A DNA stretch of 64,000 bases from a virus. Below are positions 57,432 through 64,000 of this stretch, one piece after another. The notes under the pieces were generated by a model that worked only from the letters and a program-made list of their open reading frames with translations, ran no database searches and had not been told where the DNA came from. Every line of letters starts with the position of its first letter. The stretch's first letter is position 1. Made by a program: the position numbers and the translations under genes. The stretch is taken from positions 1 through 64,000 of the IMG/VR virus record IMGVR_UViG_3300011335_000900. One strand, 5' to 3'.

Positions 57432-58118
57432 ATGGAAAATTTAAAAATTTGCTGTGAATGTAATATATCACTCACATTAAAACATTTTAGTAAAAATAAA
57501 AACACTAAAGATGGATATAATAATAGATGTAAATCTTGTTGTAGTTTTAGAAATAAAAAAAGATATGAACTAAACAAAGATAATATTAAAATTAAATGTA
57601 ATCAATATTATCATAGTAATAAAGAAATCATTAAAAATAAACAAATAGGAAAAATTAATTCATATCAAAAAAATAAAGAATGGCATTTAATTTATCGAGA
57701 AAAACACAAACAAAAATATCTTCAATATATTAAAGAATATCAAAAAATTAATCAACCTATAAAATATGCTACGGATTTAACATATAGAACTAAAAAATTA
57801 ATAGGAAACCAAATTAGAAATTTTTTAAAAGGAAATAAAAATAAAAAAACTGAAATACTTTTAGGATATTCATATCAAAACTTTATTAAAAATATAGGGA
57901 TTCCTAAAAAAAACGAACATATTGATCATAAAATACCAATAACCTGGTTTAAAGATATAACCCCAATCAACATTATTTGGAGTTTAGAAAATCTTCAAAT
58001 AGTTGATCAATTTTATAATCAATCAAAATCAAATAGATTTTTTGATATTGTTTCTTTAAAATATTTAAATATTGTTAAAATTTATATAAAAGAAGAATAT
58101 CAAAATAAATTAAATTAA
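57432..58118 (+). CDS. Free-standing HNH-type homing endonuclease
   Basis: CCEC...CKSC zinc finger; HIDHKIP...LENLQ...N.SKSN; same architecture as 25678..26349. ATG 57432 preferred because ATG 57420 lies inside the promoter motif. Confidence 0.7.
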   Translation: MENLKICCECNISLTLKHFSKNKNTKDGYNNRCKSCCSFRNKKRYELNKDNIKIKCNQYYHSNKEIIKNKQIGKINSYQKNKEWHLIYREKHKQKYLQYIKEYQKINQPIKYATDLTYRTKKLIGNQIRNFLKGNKNKKTEILLGYSYQNFIKNIGIPKKNEHIDHKIPITWFKDITPINIIWSLENLQIVDQFYNQSKSNRFFDIVSLKYLNIVKIYIKEEYQNKLN

Positions 58119-58134
58119 ATTAAAGTTATTAAAA

Positions 58135-58605
58135 ATGTTATATTCCGAACCTAACCTTAATATGTATAGTATATATCCACCATTGGAATATGATTTTGAT
58201 AATATATTAAACTATATGTCTAGCAATAGGTTGTTTTGCACTTTCTCCCCATTAGATGATTTAGATTCATTGATAAATGGACTTACATCACGTTATACAA
58301 TAATGTATAACAAAATGTTTGTGCTACATATTAAAAGCAACAATGAGTATGTTGTAACATACAATGTAGATCAAGGAAACATAAACGACATTCCAGACAA
58401 TACAATTTTAGTACATAGAAAAAAAGATTCCAACACACTCTATACAATTAATGCTTTAAATGAATTAATTAAAAAATTAAATGGTGGAGCAGTGGATACA
58501 AATTACCCAGTAAATTGGCAACATTACAGAAATTGTATATTGTTGACCCAACACAATGAAATTAAGCAACTTAATACAAAGATTTTTAAAATTATTGAAT
58601 TATGA
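58135..58605 (+). CDS. Hypothetical protein (true start possibly 58216)
   Basis: NRLFCTF; TILVHRKKDSNTLYTINALN; an ATATGTATA motif at 58160 suggests a later start. Confidence 0.55.
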   Translation: MLYSEPNLNMYSIYPPLEYDFDNILNYMSSNRLFCTFSPLDDLDSLINGLTSRYTIMYNKMFVLHIKSNNEYVVTYNVDQGNINDIPDNTILVHRKKDSNTLYTINALNELIKKLNGGAVDTNYPVNWQHYRNCILLTQHNEIKQLNTKIFKIIEL

Positions 58606-59153
58606 AGTTGTTAGATATATTAAGAGAATCAATTTCCTCTAACATATATAAAATTACATTTAATGATGATGAATTTGATATTGAAGGATCTAATTTAAAT
58701 GAAATATTAAAAATACCTAATTTAACATATGATATGGGTGGGGGGGAAAATGTTTATTATCCTTCTTCAAATGTTGTTGCTGTTGATTATATCGATGTTA
58801 ATGATTATGCTAGGTGGACTTTAGATGAATGGGGCGATGAATTAAGTGTAAAATATTACATATTACAAGATTTAAATATTCCATTTTCTTTCCCAAAAGC
58901 AAACGAAATCATTTTATCTAAAGTAGTAATTTATATAAAGAATATAGAAGCTTTAGCCCAATCAGTAAATAATTCATTAAAACCTAATGGAAAAATTGAA
59001 TTTTTTGCAGAACATGGGAAAAATACTTTAAGTAAAAAAGATATAAATTTTCTTCAAATATTAAATGAAAAATATTCTTTTCAATTTGAAAACAATCAAA
59101 CAATAGATCAATTAAAAAAAGATCCAACCCAAAGAATATACTTAAAAAAATAA
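58602..59153 (+). CDS. Divergent class I SAM-methyltransferase-like protein with N-terminal tag
   Basis: MKLLDILRE tag; YDMGGGE (motif I-like); VVAVD; SLKPNGKIEF. Confidence 0.45.
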   Translation: MKLLDILRESISSNIYKITFNDDEFDIEGSNLNEILKIPNLTYDMGGGENVYYPSSNVVAVDYIDVNDYARWTLDEWGDELSVKYYILQDLNIPFSFPKANEIILSKVVIYIKNIEALAQSVNNSLKPNGKIEFFAEHGKNTLSKKDINFLQILNEKYSFQFENNQTIDQLKKDPTQRIYLKK

Positions 59154-59154
59154 A

Positions 59155-60030
59155 ATGACACAAGAACAACTCCGTATGCAAATGTTGGCTGGTATCATTA
59201 CTAAAGATCAATATAAAGCTAAATTAAATGAAGATTCTTCTGATAAATTAACTCTATATCTTTATACCCAAACCCCCATAGGCTGGGAAGGAGTAACTCT
59301 AATAAACTCAGTATTATGTGAAGTATCATATTCAAGTGGTAAGTTTGATTATGTATCTCTTAGAAAATATAAACCTACCAAAATAGATAAATTTGCAATA
59401 GATCACAGGAATTTTTCCGAAAGTGAATATGAAATTGTTACATCTTATTTAGATAAATTAAATATCCAATATAATCAATATCTTTATATAAAAGATGCAA
59501 GTAGTTATTCAAATATAGAAACTATTTTTACAAAAAATCCCCCAAACTTTGTTCCAAAAGATATAAAATTAAACACTGAAATATTAGATTTTTTTATAAA
59601 AAGAGATAATCCTGAACAAATTGAAGGAGATATTGTTTATGGAGATGTTTATGATTTTGGAGGTGCTGAAGGACCAATAGATAGTTCTCAAGCGGTTGTA
59701 GTAGATCTTTATTTAACCCCTAAACAAAAGAAAAATCCTTCTAAGTTTATAGAAGCTGATTTGAGTAAATATGTTGAACTTCCCCCAAAAAATGGAATTA
59801 ATATTTTTTCTGCAGTAGCTCAAATTAATTCTCCTAATAATCTATCAAAAACTATTAAACATGCCTTAAAACCTGGAGGGTTATTAGTTATTAAAGATCA
59901 TTTAGGAGCAGTTCAAAATCTTTTAAAATACTTAAAAGAATTTAAACTTTTAGAATTTGAATATGTTGATATAGAAGATGAAGAAAATATTACTTTATCT
60001 GATCAAATTTTTGTAGTATTAAAAAAATAG
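59155..60030 (+). CDS. Divergent class I SAM-methyltransferase-like protein with scaffold-like N-terminal tag
   Basis: MTQEQLRMQMLAGII...KLNE; YDFGGAEG; VVVDL; IEADL; ALKPGGLLVIKDH. Confidence 0.5.
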   Translation: MTQEQLRMQMLAGIITKDQYKAKLNEDSSDKLTLYLYTQTPIGWEGVTLINSVLCEVSYSSGKFDYVSLRKYKPTKIDKFAIDHRNFSESEYEIVTSYLDKLNIQYNQYLYIKDASSYSNIETIFTKNPPNFVPKDIKLNTEILDFFIKRDNPEQIEGDIVYGDVYDFGGAEGPIDSSQAVVVDLYLTPKQKKNPSKFIEADLSKYVELPPKNGINIFSAVAQINSPNNLSKTIKHALKPGGLLVIKDHLGAVQNLLKYLKEFKLLEFEYVDIEDEENITLSDQIFVVLKK

Positions 60031-60061
60031 TTGGCTTAGCAAATAAAGGTTATTATATTTA
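60031..60061 (+). promoter_or_regulatory. Putative Bacteroidota-type sigma70 promoter
   Basis: TTGG-N19-TATATTTA upstream of the SSB gene. Confidence 0.6.
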
Positions 60062-60088
60062 GTTGTAAACAATAAAAAATAGTTATAT

Positions 60089-60907
60089 ATGAATCTAGAT
60101 GCAATCAAGAAGAAACTTGAATCCATGCAGTCCAAACCAACAGGGGGAGGTGCAAACAATCAAACCAAGCGATTTAAACCGCAAATTGGTAAACAAACGG
60201 TACGTGTTGTTCCGTTCAAATACAACAAGGAATTTCCATTCACGGAAATGAAATTTTACTATGGAATTGGTAGTAAAAAAGTAATTGCTTCTCCATTAAA
60301 TTGGGGTGAAAAAGATCCAATTGCTGAATTTGCAAAACAACTTCGTGGTACAAATGACAAAGAAAATTGGAGATTAGCTAAGAAATTAGACCCTAAAAAC
60401 CGTATTTTTGCTCCTGTAATTGTACGTGGTGAAGAGTCGGAAGGAGTTCAAATGTGGGAATTTGGTAAAGAAATTTACGAAGCATTTTTACAAATGGCCG
60501 CAGATGAAGAAGTAGGTGATTTTACAGACATTATGATGGGACGTGACATTAAGTTAGTTACAGTTGGACCTGATTCTACAGGAACAGTTTATAACAAAAC
60601 TACAATTACACCTTCTATGAAAACATCACCATTAACTGAAGATGAAAAATCTTTAGAATTATGGTTAGAGGATCAAGTTAATCCAAAAGAATCTTACAAA
60701 ATGCTTCCATTTGATGAAATCAAAGCAGCACTTGCAGAATGGTTAAATCCTGAAGAGGAAGAAGAATTTACTCCTGCTGATGGAAAATTAACAGTAGAGG
60801 AAAAACCAAAATCAAATTACAGTTTAACTACAAAACCAGAATCTAAGAAATCTAAAGCAGATAATTTTGATGCTTTATTTGAAGAAGATGATGATTTGCC
60901 ATTTTAA
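60089..60907 (+). CDS. Single-stranded DNA-binding protein (T4 gp32-like)
   Basis: FKP..GKQTVRVVP; DPIAEF; VIVRGEE.EGV..WEFGK; GRDI; acidic tail ending DDDLPF. Confidence 0.8.
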   Translation: MNLDAIKKKLESMQSKPTGGGANNQTKRFKPQIGKQTVRVVPFKYNKEFPFTEMKFYYGIGSKKVIASPLNWGEKDPIAEFAKQLRGTNDKENWRLAKKLDPKNRIFAPVIVRGEESEGVQMWEFGKEIYEAFLQMAADEEVGDFTDIMMGRDIKLVTVGPDSTGTVYNKTTITPSMKTSPLTEDEKSLELWLEDQVNPKESYKMLPFDEIKAALAEWLNPEEEEEFTPADGKLTVEEKPKSNYSLTTKPESKKSKADNFDALFEEDDDLPF

Positions 60908-60920
60908 TTTATATTAAAAT

Positions 60921-62015
60921 ATGGCAAAAACAATAACAACTAGAAAATCGCTAACTGAAGCGGCGGATAAAGAATTAAAATCCGCCTTTAGTTTAGACAA
61001 ATTTAAAGCGAATAAAGGTTTAGCATCTAATGTTAAATTCAAAGAACAAAAGTGGATACCATTTTCACCAGCGTTACAAGAAGCTTTATCTATTCCTGGA
61101 ATCCCTTTAGGCCATAATTCAATGGTTAGAGGAAAAAGTAACACAGGAAAATCTACTATGACCATTGAAGTAGCAGTTAATGCTCAAAAAATGGGAATAT
61201 TACCTGTATTAATCATCACTGAGATGAAACACGATTGGAACCACTGGAAAACAATGGGGTTTGAAATCGATGATGTAGTTGATACCGATACAGGAGAAAT
61301 AGTAGATCAAACTGGATTCTTTATTTACAGAGATAGAAGCTCTTTAAATTCAATTGAAGATATTGCTACATTCATAATTGATTTATTAACTGAACAAAAG
61401 AAAGGTAATCTACCATATGATTTACTCTTTATATGGGATTCAGTTGGTTCAATTCCTTGTGACATGTCCATTAATCAGGGGAAAAACAACCCAATGTGGA
61501 ACGCAGGAGCAATCGCAACTCAATTCGGTAACTTTATCAATCAACAGATTGTAATGTCTCGTAAGGAAAGTTCAAAATACACGAATACTCTGTTTATTGT
61601 AAACAAAGTAGGTGTAGCACCTGCCTTAACTCCAATGTCACAACCTAGAATGACAAACAAAGGTGGAGATACATTTTATTACGATGTTTCTTTATGTTTA
61701 ACATTTGGTAACGTTACAAATGCAGGTACATCAAAAATCAATGCTGTTAAAGATAAGAAAAAAGTTGAATTCGCATTACGTACTAAAATTGCTTGTGATA
61801 AAAATCACATTAATGGAATTACTACAATGGGAACTATTATATCAACAGTACATGGATTTATTAAAGATGACCCAAATGCAGTTAAAAAATATAAAGATGC
61901 ACACGTTAAAGAATGGGCAGATATATTGGGACAAGGTAACTACTCAGTCCAAGAAGATACTAGTGAGTGGGATGAAAAAGTAGCTACCCCAGATTTATTT
62001 GAAACCGAAGATTAA
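60921..62015 (+). CDS. uvsX: RecA/UvsX-like recombinase
   Basis: GIPLG...RGKSNTGKST Walker A; LFIWDSVGS Walker B; KGG; KNHI. Confidence 0.8.
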   Translation: MAKTITTRKSLTEAADKELKSAFSLDKFKANKGLASNVKFKEQKWIPFSPALQEALSIPGIPLGHNSMVRGKSNTGKSTMTIEVAVNAQKMGILPVLIITEMKHDWNHWKTMGFEIDDVVDTDTGEIVDQTGFFIYRDRSSLNSIEDIATFIIDLLTEQKKGNLPYDLLFIWDSVGSIPCDMSINQGKNNPMWNAGAIATQFGNFINQQIVMSRKESSKYTNTLFIVNKVGVAPALTPMSQPRMTNKGGDTFYYDVSLCLTFGNVTNAGTSKINAVKDKKKVEFALRTKIACDKNHINGITTMGTIISTVHGFIKDDPNAVKKYKDAHVKEWADILGQGNYSVQEDTSEWDEKVATPDLFETED

Positions 62016-62016
62016 T

Positions 62017-63048
62017 ATGAAAAAAGACCTCTTAAACCTCCTTGATACTGTGCAAGAACATGGAGAAGAATTGCCACAATCAGAACGCTACCTGCTAATA
62101 GATGGACTTAACTTATTTTTTAGAAATTTTAGTGCTATAAATGCCGTAAATTCAAATGGAGTCCATATAGGAGGTTTAGGGGGATTTTTTCGATCTTTAG
62201 GAGCTTTAATTAGAACAATACAACCAACCCAAGTTTACATGGTGTTTGATGGTGTAGGCTCTTCCAATATTAGAAAAAATATTATTCCTGAATATAAATC
62301 AAATAGAAATACATCTCGAATAACTAAACACGAATTATTTGATAATTTAGAAGAAGAAGATGACTCTAAAATAAATCAAATTGTTCGCATCATCCAATAC
62401 TTAAAAACATTACCTGTTAAAACAGTATCTTTACCTACAGTAGAGGCGGATGATATCATCGCATATTTAAGCAGTACATTGCCTACAAAACCCGAAGACA
62501 GAGTATTCATAGTATCTAGCGATAAAGATTACCTGCAGTTAATTAGCGATAAAGTTATAGTCTACAGACCAATTGAAAAAGAATATTACACTACAGACAC
62601 AGTAAAAGAAAAATTCAATATTACCCCCCATAACTTCTTACTTTACAAGTTACTAATGGGAGATAATTCAGATGGTGTAACAGGTATTAAAGGATTAGGG
62701 GCAAAAGGTTTATTTAAACGATTCCCTGAACTTGCAACCCAAGATTTATCCTTTGATGATTTAATAAACTTAGCTGAAACTAAATTAAAAGAGCATATTA
62801 TATATGCAAGGGTATTACATAACATACCATTACTAGAAGACAAATATAGGGTAATGGATTTATCAAATCCTATGATGGATGATAAAGATAAAATGTTTAT
62901 TGATAAATTTGTAGAAAATACACCCTTAAATTTTCTTCCTGATACATTTGTTGAAATGTGCAATGAAGATCAAATTGGGAACCTAATAAGAAATACAGAT
63001 TATTGGGTTCGTGATATTTTTAAAGATTTGTTGGAAAACCAACAATAA
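62017..63048 (+). CDS. 5'-3' exonuclease/flap endonuclease (T4 RNase H, PolI N-domain family)
   Basis: LLIDGLNLFFR; VFDG; YKSNR; EADDIIA; SSDKDYLQL; GDNSDGVTGIKGLG. ATG 62017 preferred. Confidence 0.9.
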   Translation: MKKDLLNLLDTVQEHGEELPQSERYLLIDGLNLFFRNFSAINAVNSNGVHIGGLGGFFRSLGALIRTIQPTQVYMVFDGVGSSNIRKNIIPEYKSNRNTSRITKHELFDNLEEEDDSKINQIVRIIQYLKTLPVKTVSLPTVEADDIIAYLSSTLPTKPEDRVFIVSSDKDYLQLISDKVIVYRPIEKEYYTTDTVKEKFNITPHNFLLYKLLMGDNSDGVTGIKGLGAKGLFKRFPELATQDLSFDDLINLAETKLKEHIIYARVLHNIPLLEDKYRVMDLSNPMMDDKDKMFIDKFVENTPLNFLPDTFVEMCNEDQIGNLIRNTDYWVRDIFKDLLENQQ

Positions 63049-63061
63049 GTTATTATATTTA
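63031..63061 (+). promoter_or_regulatory. Putative Bacteroidota-type sigma70 promoter
   Basis: TTGG-N19-TATATTTA; the last 14 nt (GTTATTATATTTA core) are nearly identical to the 60031 promoter. Confidence 0.6.
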
Positions 63062-63095
63062 AATAAAAGTTATTAACAATTAAAAAATTAAAGTT

Positions 63096-64000
63096 TTGAC
63101 ACTCTCCAGCATAGACGAATATGGCCCATCCTTCCAAATGAAGGTTATTTCATCACTCCTAACACATAAAGAATTTTTACAAAACATAAATGATGTACTA
63201 AGCGATGAATATTTTTCTAACCCTGCACATAAATGGGTTATAAATCAAATCATACAATATTATGAAAGCTATCACACAACTATATCCATGGATATTTTAA
63301 AAGTTGAAATGAAAAAACTTGATAACGAGGTACTTAAAGTATCTGTTAAAGAGCAATTACGTGAAGCATATAGAGCAGATTTAGAAGATTTAGAATATGT
63401 TCAACTTGAATTCTCAACATTTTGCAAAAATCAACAACTAAAAAAAGCACTACTAAATAGTGTAGATTTACTTAAAGCTGGAGATTACGATTCAATTAAA
63501 TACATGATTGAATCAGCAATGAAAGCTGGACAAGATAAAAACATAGGCCACGAATACAGAAAAGATACTGAATCACGTTATCGTGAAGATCACAGAACAA
63601 TAGTTCCATCTCCTTGGCCCGCTATTAATGAATTAATTCAAGGTGGTTTAGGAAACGGAGATTTAGGTTTAATTTTTGGTAGTCCGGGTGGGGGAAAATC
63701 ATGGACATTAGTTGCTTTAGGTGGATTTGCTGTTAAAATGGGATACAATGTTATTCACTATACTTTAGAATTAAGTGAATCCTATACAGGACGAAGATAC
63801 GATGCATTTTTTACAGGCTTACCAGTAGATTCTTTAGACAAAAATAAAGATCAAGTAAATAATATGATGTCTGATTTAAAAGGTGAATTGATAATTAAGG
63901 AATATCCTATGGGAAAAACTACAATAAACACAATAGAATCTCACATACAAAAAGTAAAAGATTTAGGGATTGAACCTGACCTTATCCTTATAGACTATAT
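63096..64000 (+). CDS. dnaB: Replicative DnaB/gp41-like helicase (3'-truncated), not in ORF track
   Basis: My translation from TTG 63096: MTLSSIDEYGPSFQMKVISSLL...GGLGNGDLGLIFGSPGGGKSW...HYTLEL...RRYDA...IIKEYP...PDLILIDY; open to the window end. Confidence 0.88.
   Translation, partial: MTLSSIDEYGPSFQMKVISSLLTHKEFLQNINDVLSDEYFSNPAHKWVINQIIQYYESYHTTISMDILKVEMKKLDNEVLKVSVKEQLREAYRADLEDLEYVQLEFSTFCKNQQLKKALLNSVDLLKAGDYDSIKYMIESAMKAGQDKNIGHEYRKDTESRYREDHRTIVPSPWPAINELIQGGLGNGDLGLIFGSPGGGKSWTLVALGGFAVKMGYNVIHYTLELSESYTGRRYDAFFTGLPVDSLDKNKDQVNNMMSDLKGELIIKEYPMGKTTINTIESHIQKVKDLGIEPDLILIDY

Noticed and set aside
6858-62963. All minus-strand ORFs and nested alternative-frame + ORFs in the track (e.g. 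14751, 19201, 56792, 61705)
   Set aside because: They lie within or across well-supported + strand genes, have no motifs or expression signals, and are expected shadow ORFs.
1-64000. Stop-codon reassignment as seen in some large Bacteroidota phages
   Set aside because: Core genes are full length in code 11, and TAA, TAG and TGA all occur as genuine stops at tight gene junctions.
1-64000. CRISPR array, tRNA/rRNA genes, integrase, transposase, reverse transcriptase
   Set aside because: Intergenic gaps are short; I saw no repeat-spacer array, cloverleaf or such protein motifs. No covariance search was run.

Overview
The window is a 64-kb piece of a large, very AT-rich lytic myovirus genome with T4-like morphogenesis genes. 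All credible genes are on the + strand and read normally in code 11. The host is probably a Bacteroidota (Flavobacterium-like) cell: promoters match TTG-N19/20-TAnnTTTA, starts lack Shine-Dalgarno motifs, one signal peptide follows the Q-rule, and there is a Bacteroidota-type Hc1 histone-like gene. Gene order: baseplate/collar genes; GIY-YIG, primase and exonuclease; a ~13-kb accessory block; lysis-like genes; terminase, HNH, portal, head proteins, prohead protease, scaffold and major capsid; PhoH; neck; fibre; two tandem sheaths; tube; chaperone pair; tape measure; baseplate hub; atypical PolA; HNH; two methyltransferase-like genes; SSB, UvsX/RecA, 5'-3' exonuclease and a truncated DnaB helicase. 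The strongest candidate for an undescribed system is a modular capsid-loading code. Many unrelated enzymes carry short N-terminal amphipathic tags ending in (L/I)-x-E sites typical of T4 prohead-protease substrates. One tag copies the scaffold C-terminal RMQxLAGII peptide, one gene looks like a protease-cleaved polyprotein, and the scaffold itself holds a membrane-hairpin insert. Other notable signals are a probable +1/-2 frameshift in the tail chaperone pair, two promoter classes, terminator/promoter overlaps and (S/T)GS enrichment in virion proteins. All family calls come from motifs read by eye; no database search was run.
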